Part shown: positions 10,778 through 19,376 of the stretch, piece by piece
Numbering within the stretch: the first letter of the stretch is position 1
How the letters are laid out: each line of letters opens with the position of its first letter
NCBI RefSeq assembly: GCF_000006765.1
Contig: NC_002516.2
Length of the DNA: 64,000 nt
Direction: 5' to 3' (one strand)
From: Pseudomonas aeruginosa PAO1
Lineage (GTDB): Bacteria; Pseudomonadota; Gammaproteobacteria; Pseudomonadales; Pseudomonadaceae
The notes under the pieces: generated by a model
The model's database searches: none
Seen by the model: only the letters and a program-made list of their open reading frames with translations
Told to the model about the DNA's origin: nothing
Position numbers and translations under genes: made by a program

Positions 10778-11212
10778 TCAGGCTTCGTCGCAGTTCGCCA
10801 GGTCGATATCGAGGCGCGCCCAGGCGTCGATCTCCACCAGCAGTTCGGGAAACACCAGGCCGCTCACTTCGACCAGGGTGGAGGCGGGAAAAGTGCCCTG
10901 GCCGGCGAAGAACTCCTGCCGCGCGCGCCCAATAGCGTCCTTGTCGGCGATGCGGGTGACGTAGACGTTGAGCTTGTAGAGGTTGCCGACATGGCCTCCC
11001 GCCGCCTCCAGCAGCGCCTTCACCTTGCCCAGCACCACCAGGGCCTGGGCATGGGCGTCGAGCGCGGCGCCGCGCTCGGCGGCCTGGCGGGTGGCCGGGT
11101 GCGCGGTCATGCCGGACATCACCAGCTCCTCTCCCACCAGCAGGGCATTGGACCAGCTTGCATCCGGCAGGTCGGGTAGCGCCGCGGCGCGGATCCGGCG
11201 CACCGCGGTCAC
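10778..11212 (-). CDS. RidA/YjgF family protein
   Basis: GTG start overlaps the Rieske gene stop. Motifs KLNVYVT, PASTLVEVSGL and LVEIDA. Confidence 0.88.
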   Translation of the reverse strand: MTAVRRIRAAALPDLPDASWSNALLVGEELVMSGMTAHPATRQAAERGAALDAHAQALVVLGKVKALLEAAGGHVGNLYKLNVYVTRIADKDAIGRARQEFFAGQGTFPASTLVEVSGLVFPELLVEIDAWARLDIDLANCDEA

Positions 11213-12228
11213 AGTTGCCGGGCCTCGATCAGTTCCAGCTGGGCCTTGGCCAGGTTCTTCAGGTGCCGCCGCAGGCGCACCAGGCCGAGGTCGTGCTGGT
11301 AGAGGTTCTCCCGCTGGTTGGCGTCCGGCTCCATGAATTCGAGCATTTCCCGGTCCTGCTCCAGCACCGCCCAGTGACGCGCCTCCAGGCGGTTCCTGTA
11401 GAGGAAGCGCCAGGTGTCACGCTGCCAGCCGGTGAGCGGCCGGCAACGCCAGTGGAACACCGCGCAGAGGTCGCGGGCGATCGGCGTGTAGCTGCCGACG
11501 ATATGGAAGTTGCCACCCGGGCCGCCGGTCTTCGGATAGGGAATCTCCAGGCGCATCCAGTGCATCCCGGTGTCGGCCCATTCGGTCCAGTCGAAGTTGA
11601 CCCCGCGCTGGCCGTCCTTCTCGAAGATGAAACCGGTGTCGGTGTCGCGGGTGACGAAGCGTGCCTGGCTTTCGCCCTCGGACATGGAGTGCGACTGCTT
11701 GTGCAGGTAGGTGCCGTGCATGGGGTCCATGACGTTGTCCAGCACGTAGCGGTAGTCGCCGCGCCACTCGGTATAGCAGAGGAAGTGGGAAAACTCGGGG
11801 TCGGTCAGTTGCTCGGGCAGCACCAGCGGCGGGGCTTCCTCGACATTGCCCGCCGAGTTGTACAGCCACACGGCGCCGGCCGCCTCGGTGATGTGGAAGA
11901 AGCGCGTGGCCTGGCTGCCTTCCAGCTTGCAGCCGGGGCTGCCGGGCACGCGGGCGGTAACGCCGTCGCAGCGCACTTCCACGCCGTGGTAGGGGCATTG
12001 CAGGCGGTCGCCCAGGTTCACCCCGCGCGACAGCGGCGCGCCACGGTGCGGGCAATGGTCTTCGAGGGCATGCAGGGTGCCGTCGGTATCGCGCCAGACG
12101 GCCAGCTTGTAGCCCAGGCGGCGCAGGGACACCGGCTTGTCCTCGATGAAGCCCACCGGGCAGATCGGGTACCAGAGGTTCTTCAGGCCGTTGGCGAGAA
12201 GCTGTTCAACAGGGTCCACGGTGCTCAT
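11209..12228 (-). CDS. Rieske non-heme iron oxygenase alpha subunit (VanA-like; no beta subunit)
   Basis: Rieske motif CPHRG...CPYHG, mononuclear Fe motif NVMDPMHGTYLH, and distal EQD. Confidence 0.93.
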   Translation of the reverse strand: MSTVDPVEQLLANGLKNLWYPICPVGFIEDKPVSLRRLGYKLAVWRDTDGTLHALEDHCPHRGAPLSRGVNLGDRLQCPYHGVEVRCDGVTARVPGSPGCKLEGSQATRFFHITEAAGAVWLYNSAGNVEEAPPLVLPEQLTDPEFSHFLCYTEWRGDYRYVLDNVMDPMHGTYLHKQSHSMSEGESQARFVTRDTDTGFIFEKDGQRGVNFDWTEWADTGMHWMRLEIPYPKTGGPGGNFHIVGSYTPIARDLCAVFHWRCRPLTGWQRDTWRFLYRNRLEARHWAVLEQDREMLEFMEPDANQRENLYQHDLGLVRLRRHLKNLAKAQLELIEARQL

Positions 12229-12250
12229 AGCGGTTTCCTCTCGGGGGAAT

Positions 12251-12469
12251 TCACGCGCCCAGGCGGGCCATCAGGGTCTTGTAGGCTTCCTCGGTCCAGG
12301 GACCGCCGCCCGGGCAGGTCGGGCCAGCCTGGTTGAGGTAGCCGAGCAGCCCCGGCAGGTCGTGCAGGCCGGCGGCGTAGGCGCGCTCGATGGAATCGCC
12401 GAGCAGGTCTTCGAAGGCGTTCGGCTCGCGGGTACGGGCCTGATGGGGTTCGAGGTAACGGTCTTGCAT
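12251..12469 (-). CDS. Small conserved protein (72 aa), recombinase-like HTH fold
   Basis: ATG lies 2 nt after the upstream stop and codon usage is operon-like. The fold assignment is from recall. Confidence 0.7.
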   Translation of the reverse strand: MQDRYLEPHQARTREPNAFEDLLGDSIERAYAAGLHDLPGLLGYLNQAGPTCPGGGPWTEEAYKTLMARLGA

Positions 12470-12470
12470 G

Positions 12471-12788
12471 TCATTGGCCTCCAGTGCGGACCCGTTCGCG
12501 GATGGTTTCGCGAACCGGGACGAAGTCGTAGGTCGGGTAGCATTCGGTGCGGAACACGCCCCAGGCGGAGCGCTCCAGTTCGACGTTGACGCGTGGCAGC
12601 AGGGCCGGCGGCAGGCGCAGGGTGACGATCTGGCCGAGGCCCATGGCGACGGTCCAGGAAACGATCTCCACGCCCTCTCCCGGAAAGCGCTCCCACCAGT
12701 CCATGGCCTTCATGCGGGCCTGGATCTCGTCGAGATTCTTCGACTGGTCGTGCCGGAGCAGCACGGTCAGCAACAAGGTGTCGCTCAT
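12471..12788 (-). CDS. Small conserved hypothetical protein (105 aa)
   Basis: GAG SD precedes ATG 12788 (MSDTLLLTVLLRHDQSK). Tight operon spacing on both sides. Confidence 0.75.
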   Translation of the reverse strand: MSDTLLLTVLLRHDQSKNLDEIQARMKAMDWWERFPGEGVEIVSWTVAMGLGQIVTLRLPPALLPRVNVELERSAWGVFRTECYPTYDFVPVRETIRERVRTGGQ

Positions 12789-12795
12789 GCTCGTC

Positions 12796-13760
12796 TCAAC
12801 TCCTGGGTTTGTCGGTGAGGAACCGGCCCTGCGGTGCCTCGACGCTTTTCTGTCGCCGGGTATTGCCGTCCAGGCCACCGGCGATGGCCCATTCGGCGAA
12901 CACCGTAGGGCCAGGTTCGAACTCGCGGGCCTGCCACTCGCCGGTCAGTTGGTCCTCGTCGGCGTAGTACTCGACGAGGGCGCCGGCGGGGTTCCGGAAG
13001 TACCAGAAGTACGCCGAGGACACCGGATGCCGACCCGGGCCGATCTCGGTATCCCAGCCGCAGCGGGCGATGTGCATGCCGCCGCCGAACACCTCATGGA
13101 TATCGCGCACGGTGAACGCCACGTGGTTCAGGCCGGCGCGCGGTTGCGGCAGTTGCAGCATGAACAGGTCGTGGTGGCCGCCCTCCTCCGCGCAACGCAG
13201 GAAGGCGCCGCGATTCGGATAGCGATCGGAGCAGACGAAGCCGAAGCGCTCGCGGTAGAAGCGTTCGCAGGCGTTGACGTCCTTGACGAAGAACACCACG
13301 TGGCCGACTTCGACGGGCTGCGCACGCTCGTAGATGGGGCTGGCCTGGTTGATCCGGCCCTTGAACTGCCAGGTGTTGGACTGGCCGCAGGCCACCTGGA
13401 TGTCGCGTTTACGGGTGACTTGCAGGCGCACGGCCAGACCGTTCGGGTCGGTGCAGCCGATACGGCCCTCGCCCTCGATGAAGCCGGGATCATTGGCGAT
13501 GCGCTCGGGTACCGCTTGAGGTCCGCCTCGCTCTCCACACCCCAGACCACTTCACGCAGGGTCGAGCCTTCCTCGATGGCCGGCGGCAGGCCCGGCTTGT
13601 CCCGCGCCGCGACTATCACGCGGCAGCCGTTGAGGCTTTCGAAGACCACCTGGTCCTCGCTCGCCTCGACCTGCGCCAGGCCCCAGTCGGCGAAGAAACG
13701 CGCGCTGGTGGCCAGGTCTTCCACGCCGTAGGTGATTTCGTCGATTCCCGATACGCTCAT
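12796..13760 (-). pseudogene. Two-domain VOC (type I extradiol) ring-cleavage dioxygenase with a -1 frameshift at 13508/13509
   Basis: The N-half ORF (13128..13760) and C-half ORF (12796..13431) are in different frames. Restoring one base gives ...DLKRY-A-ERIANDPGFIEGEGRIGCTDPNGLAVRLQV..., 321 aa. The C-domain has VGH, LNH and GRHPVSSAYFWYFRNPAGALVEY. Confidence 0.85.
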
Positions 13761-13773
13761 CGCGTCTTCCTCA

Positions 13774-15258
13774 TCAGTGGCTGCCGGCCCAGGCCAGCGG
13801 CTGTTCGTTCAGGCCCCAGTAGAGGCTCTTCTGCTCCATGTACTGGAGTATCCCCAGGCGGCCCTTTTCGCGGCCCAGACCGCTGTCGCGCCAGCCGCCG
13901 AAGGGGGTGGAGATGGAGAACTGCTTGTAGGTGTTGATCCACACGGTGCCGGCCTGCACGGCGCGGCCGAGCCGCCAGGCGCGCTGGAAGTCGCGAGTCC
14001 AGATGCCGGCGGCCAGCGCGTAGCAGCTGTCGTTGGCCTCCTCGATCAGGGCCTCTTCGCTGGCGAAAGGCATGGCCACCAGCACCGGGCCGAAGACCTC
14101 TTCCCGGCACAGGCGGGCGCCATTGGTGAGCCCCTCGATAATGGTCGGGGTGTAGAAGTAGCCACGATCGAAGGCTCCGCCATGGGGACGTAAGCCCCCC
14201 GTGCGCAGGCGACCGCCCTCGGCCACGCCCATCTCGACATAGCGCTCCACCGACTCGCGGTGCCGCGCACTGATCAGCGGGCCCATCTGGGTGCGCTCGT
14301 CGGCCGGGTCGCCGACGCGCAGGGCCGCGGCGCCGGTGGCCAGGCGCTCCATGAATTCGTCGTAGCGCTCGCTGGCGACGAACAACCGCGAGCCGGCAAT
14401 GCAGGATTCGCCGCTGGAGCTGAAGATGCCATAGAGCACGCCGGCCACCGCGTGGTCGAGATCGGCGTCGGCCAGCACCATGGTCGGCGACTTGCCGCCC
14501 AGTTCCAGGGACACCGGCATCATCTTGTCGGCGGCGATGCGCGCGATGTGCTTGCCGGTGCGGGTGCCGCCGGTGAAGGACACGCGCCTGGCCAGGGGGT
14601 GGCGGGTCAGGGCATCGCCGATCAGCGCGCCCTTGCCCGGCAGCACGCTGACCAGCCCGCGCGGCAGGCCGGCCTCATCGCAGATGCGCGCCAGCGCCAG
14701 GGCTGCCAGCGGGGTGATCTCGGCCGGCTTGACCACCACCGCGTTGCCGGCGGCCAGGGCCGGGGCGAGCTTCTGCGCCTCGGAGGCGATGGGCGAGTTC
14801 CACGGGGTGATGGCAACCACCACGCCCATGGGCTCGTACACGCTCATGCTGACGAAGTCGCCGCGCGACGGCGTGATGCTTTCCTCCAGAGTCTCGCAGG
14901 CGGCGGCGAAGAACTGGAAGGTGGCGGCGGCGCTGGCCACCAGGTTGCGGGTTTCCCTGATCGGCTTGCCGTTGTCCAGGCGCTGCAACTGCGCCAGTTC
15001 TTCGCTACGCTCGCGGATCAGCGCGGCGATACGATAAAGCACGGTGGCCCGCTCATGAGGCTTGCGCTGGGCCCAGCCGCTCTCACGGAAGGCGCGGTGG
15101 GCGCCGGCCATGGCCTCCTCCACGTCCTCCAGGCTGGCCGCATGCAGGCGGGCGACGGCCTCGCCGGTGGCCGGATAGAGGCTTTCGTAGAGGTCGCCGC
15201 CGCCCGCTCGCCACTCGCCGGCGATGCAGATGGGTTGGATCGGGTTCAGGTCAATCAC
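13774..15258 (-). CDS. NAD(P)-dependent aldehyde dehydrogenase
   Basis: Probable GTG start at 15258. Motifs ITPWNSP, FTGG, LELGGKS, GESCIAG (catalytic Cys) and EEVFGP. Confidence 0.93.
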   Translation of the reverse strand: MIDLNPIQPICIAGEWRAGGGDLYESLYPATGEAVARLHAASLEDVEEAMAGAHRAFRESGWAQRKPHERATVLYRIAALIRERSEELAQLQRLDNGKPIRETRNLVASAAATFQFFAAACETLEESITPSRGDFVSMSVYEPMGVVVAITPWNSPIASEAQKLAPALAAGNAVVVKPAEITPLAALALARICDEAGLPRGLVSVLPGKGALIGDALTRHPLARRVSFTGGTRTGKHIARIAADKMMPVSLELGGKSPTMVLADADLDHAVAGVLYGIFSSSGESCIAGSRLFVASERYDEFMERLATGAAALRVGDPADERTQMGPLISARHRESVERYVEMGVAEGGRLRTGGLRPHGGAFDRGYFYTPTIIEGLTNGARLCREEVFGPVLVAMPFASEEALIEEANDSCYALAAGIWTRDFQRAWRLGRAVQAGTVWINTYKQFSISTPFGGWRDSGLGREKGRLGILQYMEQKSLYWGLNEQPLAWAGSH

Positions 15259-15269
15259 GGTAGTCGTCC

Positions 15270-16073
15270 CTAGATCGAAATCGCGTGGGCGTGGTTGCCC
15301 AACGCTCGGACCACGCTGTACACGGTCAGCGCCGATGTCTTCGGGTTGGCCGCCAGCGGTTTGCCGCGCAAGGTCAGTTCGAAGCCGCCGAAGGCGCCGC
15401 TGGCTTCCACCTGGTGCACGTTCTCGCAGCTTTCGGGGTCGGCGATCAGGCGCACCTGGGTGCGGTCCAGGCCGAGGCCGGCGAGCGACAGGGTGGCGGC
15501 GACATTGGCGTTCTTCGGATAGAGCCGCGCCGCCTCGCGGGCGCTGCCGTCGAAGATCACCCGCGCCTTCTCCAGGCGCTGCAGGTCGCAGACCGTCTCG
15601 CCTGGCGTGCCCAGCCAGGCGCTCGCCGGCTTGCGCCCGGTGTAGCGCACCGATTCGAGGCCACCGACCCTGGCCGCCGACAGCGCATCGATGGCGCCGA
15701 TGGCGCCGGGCAGCAGCTCGATGCGGCTGCCTCCGGCCTGCGCCGCGGCTTCCAGGCGCTCCACCAGGCCCGGCTCGGACAGCGCGCCCACCGAGACCAC
15801 CAGGCAGGGAATGCCTTGGGCCAGCGCCGGCAGCACGTGCTGCTCGATGGCGCGGTGCCCGGCGCACTCCACCAGAAGATCGGGGCGCTCTCCGGCCGGC
15901 AGCGCGCTGAGTACCCGCGGCGGCCGGCGCAGGCTGGCCAGGCGATGGCGGACCTGGGTCTCGGAGTCGCGAGGAACGATCACCGCATCGACCCTCAGTT
16001 GCGGATCGTTCTCCAACAGTTCCAGGACGCCGGCGCCGATGGCGCCGCAGCCGATCATGACGATATTCAGCAT
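15270..16073 (-). CDS. nadX: L-aspartate dehydrogenase homologue
   Basis: ATG 16073 gives 267 aa. Motifs IGCGAIG, LVECAG, SVGAL, YPKNANVAA and NPKTSAL. Confidence 0.9.
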   Translation of the reverse strand: MLNIVMIGCGAIGAGVLELLENDPQLRVDAVIVPRDSETQVRHRLASLRRPPRVLSALPAGERPDLLVECAGHRAIEQHVLPALAQGIPCLVVSVGALSEPGLVERLEAAAQAGGSRIELLPGAIGAIDALSAARVGGLESVRYTGRKPASAWLGTPGETVCDLQRLEKARVIFDGSAREAARLYPKNANVAATLSLAGLGLDRTQVRLIADPESCENVHQVEASGAFGGFELTLRGKPLAANPKTSALTVYSVVRALGNHAHAISI

Positions 16074-16083
16074 GGCGAGAGCC

Positions 16084-17766
16084 TCAAGCGGTGGCCTTGT
16101 CGGTCTTGGCATCGTTGGTCGGCGGGCCGGCGAAAATGCTCTTGAAGCTGCCCACCGCGAGCATGTCCACCTCCAGCAGGAAGGGACCTGGCTCGGCCAG
16201 GGCGCCATCGAGCACGGCGCTGAAATCCTTCAGATCGCTGACCTTGGCATGACGCAGGCCGAGGGAAGCCGACAGTTGGGCATAGTCCGGGGTGTGCAGG
16301 TCGACGTAGCAGCGGCGGCCACCGTAGGCGGCGTCCTGGATGTTCTTGATCACCCCGTAGCCCTGGTCGTTCATCAGCACGATGAGCATGTCGGCCCGCT
16401 CCTGCACGGCGGTGGCCAGTTCGCCCAGGTTGAGGATGAAGCCGCCGTCGCCGGCGAGCACGAAGGTCTTGCGCCCAGGCGCGGTTTCCGCCGCGCCGAC
16501 CGCCGCGCCGATGCCCATGGCCAGGCCCTGGCCGATGCCACCGCCGAGGGCGTGGACGCCGGCGCGGGGGCTGAAGATATTCAGGTGGCGGTTGCCCCAG
16601 GTGCTGTTGGAGACGGTGACGTCGCGCACCCAGTTGAAATTGCGGCCGGCCAGCGCCTGCAGTTGCTCCACCAGCGAAGCGTAGGGGCCAAGGCCGTCCA
16701 CCAACTGGGCGCGGGCCTGGTTGCGCGCGGCGGCGAGATCCGCGGCGAAGGCCGGGTCCACCGACAGGCGCCCTTCCAGGCGGTCGGCGAGCCCCTTGAG
16801 GACCCGTTCGGAATCGCCGCAGACGAAGAAATCGCTGGGGTAGCAGCGGCCCTCCGCCGTGGCATCGGCGTCTGCCCGGTAAAGCGGACGCGGGAGCTTG
16901 AGTTCGTACTTGAGGGTTTCGTTGCCGCGCAGGCGCGAGCCCACCACGAGCATGGCGTCGCAGCTCTGGTAGAACCGCTCCACCGGTTTATTCAGGTTGA
17001 AGGCGCCGAGGGAACGCGCGTCGTCTTCCGGGACGATGCCACGCCCCTGGGTGCTGGTGACCACGCCCACGCCCATGGCCAGCAGGCGTTGTACCTGCGG
17101 GCCGGCATGCCGGGCACCGCCCCCCAGCCAGAGCATCGGTCGCCGCGCCTGGGCGAAACGCTCGGCTAGGTCGTCCAAGGCTTGCTCGGAGGGCCTGGCC
17201 ACCGGCACCGGCAGCGGCGACAGGTCGGCCGGCAGGTTGATCAGCGCCGACTGGATATCGATCGGGATTTCCACGCTCACCGGGCCGGCGGGCGCGGTCA
17301 GGGCGGTTTGCACGGCCAGCTTGAGGGTGCTGATGGCGGTGTCGACGCTGCGCACGCGGAAGGCCGCCTTGGAGATGGCCTTGAGCATGCTCAACTGGTC
17401 CGGCGCCTCGTGGATGTAGGCGAGGCTCCGATCCAGGTAGGGGGTTTCGATCTGCCCGGTCAGGTGCAGCAGCGGGGTGCCGGCAGTGAGCGCCTCGACC
17501 AGCGCCCCGGCAGCGTTGCCGGCGGCGGTTCCGGTGCTGGTCAGGCACACGCCCAGGCCACCGCTGGTGCGGGCGTAGGCATCGGCCATGTTGGCCGCCC
17601 CGGCCTCGCCGCGGGCCATCACGAAACGGATGTTGCCGCGGCTGGCGAAGGCATCGAGGATCGGCATGTTGTGGATCGAGATCACCCCGAAGGCGGCCTT
17701 CACCTCGCACTGTTCGAGGAAGGCGGCGATGGCGGCGCCGACGGTGACTTGGCTTGCGTTACGCAT
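16084..17766 (-). CDS. Thiamine-diphosphate-dependent enzyme (decarboxylase or acetolactate-synthase-like)
   Basis: ARGEAGAANMADAYAR (catalytic Glu) and ThDP motif GDGG...NDQGYG. Confidence 0.9.
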   Translation of the reverse strand: MRNASQVTVGAAIAAFLEQCEVKAAFGVISIHNMPILDAFASRGNIRFVMARGEAGAANMADAYARTSGGLGVCLTSTGTAAGNAAGALVEALTAGTPLLHLTGQIETPYLDRSLAYIHEAPDQLSMLKAISKAAFRVRSVDTAISTLKLAVQTALTAPAGPVSVEIPIDIQSALINLPADLSPLPVPVARPSEQALDDLAERFAQARRPMLWLGGGARHAGPQVQRLLAMGVGVVTSTQGRGIVPEDDARSLGAFNLNKPVERFYQSCDAMLVVGSRLRGNETLKYELKLPRPLYRADADATAEGRCYPSDFFVCGDSERVLKGLADRLEGRLSVDPAFAADLAAARNQARAQLVDGLGPYASLVEQLQALAGRNFNWVRDVTVSNSTWGNRHLNIFSPRAGVHALGGGIGQGLAMGIGAAVGAAETAPGRKTFVLAGDGGFILNLGELATAVQERADMLIVLMNDQGYGVIKNIQDAAYGGRRCYVDLHTPDYAQLSASLGLRHAKVSDLKDFSAVLDGALAEPGPFLLEVDMLAVGSFKSIFAGPPTNDAKTDKATA

Positions 17767-18556
17767 GACGGGACAACCCTCCGGAAACGTCGATATGACT
17801 GCCCGTCGTATAGGCAGACAGGGGAGATGCGAGGAACAGGATGGCGCGGGCCGCCTCGATCGGCTTGCCCAGGCGTCCCAGGGGAATCTGCTTGTTCCGC
17901 GCCAGCTGCGCGGTCCATTGCGCCCAGTCCAGCTCGCGCTCTTCGCGGGCTTCGAAACGGCGCCGCCACTGGCCGGACTCGACCAGGCCGATGAGGATGC
18001 CGTTGACCCGTACGCCCTTAGGCGCGAACTCGAAGGCCATGGAGCGCACCAGGTTCTTCACCCCGGCGCGGGCCGCGCTGGTAGCCACCATGTGCGGCTC
18101 CGGCTGGCTGGCCAGCAGCGAGTTGACGCAGACGATGGCCGCGTCGGCGCGGCTTTCCAGTTGCGGCAGGAAAGCGCGTACCGGGTGGATGACGGAAAAG
18201 AACTTCAGTTGCAGTTCCTCGCTCCAGGCCTCGTCCGTGGTCTCGGCGAAGGTCGAGACGCGGCCCTGGCCGGCGTTGTTCACCAGGATGCTGGCGCACC
18301 CCAGCGTTCTCTCGCAGGCTTCGGCGAAGGCGCGCACCTGCAACGCATCCAGCACGTCGCAGACACTGGCGAACAGGCGCGCCCCGGGGAAGCGCTGGCG
18401 TAGCGCGGACTCGGCGGCACGCAGGCGCTCGCCGTCGCGAGCGCAGAAAGCCACGGCGGCGCCTGCCTCCAGCAGCAGTTCCACCGTGGCCAGGCCGATC
18501 CCGGAGGAACCGCCGGTGACCACCGCCACCGCCTCGGACAGGTCATACGGTTTCAT
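17759..18556 (-). CDS. SDR oxidoreductase with an atypical active site
   Basis: TGGSSGIG and NNAG are present. The usual YxxxK position reads HMVATSAAR. Confidence 0.88.
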   Translation of the reverse strand: MKPYDLSEAVAVVTGGSSGIGLATVELLLEAGAAVAFCARDGERLRAAESALRQRFPGARLFASVCDVLDALQVRAFAEACERTLGCASILVNNAGQGRVSTFAETTDEAWSEELQLKFFSVIHPVRAFLPQLESRADAAIVCVNSLLASQPEPHMVATSAARAGVKNLVRSMAFEFAPKGVRVNGILIGLVESGQWRRRFEAREERELDWAQWTAQLARNKQIPLGRLGKPIEAARAILFLASPLSAYTTGSHIDVSGGLSRHA

Positions 18557-19376
18557 GCGGGCGACTCCGGAAGATCGGGGTGACGTTGTCCTGGCCGTCG
18601 GCGCGGTAGTCGAGCAGGTACGACAGCTCGTCGGCGCTGCTGCGCACCCGGCTGACCAGTCCCTCGATGCGTTCCGGGTCGATATGCCCGGCGGCGATGG
18701 TCGCCCCCATCGCCGCGATGACGCGACCGCTGTGATCACGTACCGGCGCCGCGACGGTGGAGATGCTCGCCTCGAAGAACCCCTCGCCCTGGACGAAGCC
18801 ACGCTGGCGGTCGCCCTGGACCATGTCGAAGAGTTCCAGCACGCTGCGCGGGGTGTTCGGCGAGAACTGCTCCAGCTGCTCCTCCGGGTACAGCTCGCGC
18901 AGCTCGCCCAGGCTCAGGTCCTGCAGCAGGATGCGGCCGAGCACCGTGGCGTGGGCCGGCAACCGGGTCCCGACGTTCACCGAGCTGCTCAGCGGGGTGG
19001 ACGGCGAAACCTTGGCCACGTAGACGATCGAACGGCCGTCGCGCACCACCAGGTTGCAGGGGTAGCGGATCTCGTCGCACAGGCGGTTCAGCAGCGGCTG
19101 GCCGAGTTCGGTCAGCTCCAGCGAGGCCAGGTACTCGAAGCCCAGGCGCAACACCGCCATGCCCAGGCGGTACTCGTTGCCGTTGCGGGTGACGAAGCCC
19201 ATGGCCTCCAGGGTGGTCAGCAGGCGGAAGATGGTCGAGCGCGGCAGCTTCAGGCGCCGCGCCAACTCCGGCGCCGTCAGGGTACGGTCCTTCCGGCTGA
19301 ACTCGCAGAGCAGCAGCAGGCCGCGTTCGAGGCCAGGCACGATGTACTTGTCTTGCGAATCGTCTGACTTATCCAT
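18543..19376 (-). CDS. IclR-family transcriptional regulator
   Basis: HTH segment GLERG...ELARRLKLPRSTIFRLLTTL, plus PAHATVLGRILL and VAAPV. Confidence 0.93.
   Translation of the reverse strand: MDKSDDSQDKYIVPGLERGLLLLCEFSRKDRTLTAPELARRLKLPRSTIFRLLTTLEAMGFVTRNGNEYRLGMAVLRLGFEYLASLELTELGQPLLNRLCDEIRYPCNLVVRDGRSIVYVAKVSPSTPLSSSVNVGTRLPAHATVLGRILLQDLSLGELRELYPEEQLEQFSPNTPRSVLELFDMVQGDRQRGFVQGEGFFEASISTVAAPVRDHSGRVIAAMGATIAAGHIDPERIEGLVSRVRSSADELSYLLDYRADGQDNVTPIFRSRPHETV

Noticed and set aside
12251-12469. Recombinase or mobile element suggested by the recombinase-like HTH fold
   Set aside because: It is only 72 aa with no catalytic domain, there are no att sites or terminal repeats, and the surrounding G+C is host-like.
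13495-13525. Programmed ribosomal frameshift at the dioxygenase lesion
   Set aside because: There is no X XXY YYZ slippery heptamer or homopolymer at the junction, so mutation or sequencing error is more likely.
12796-13760. Two separate genes of 210 and 211 aa
   Set aside because: They overlap by about 300 bp. The tail of the first is nonsense and the head of the second lacks its N-domain. One inserted base makes a coherent 321-aa enzyme.
15270-16073. De novo NAD biosynthesis operon
   Set aside because: There is no nadA or nadC nearby, and the context is catabolic.
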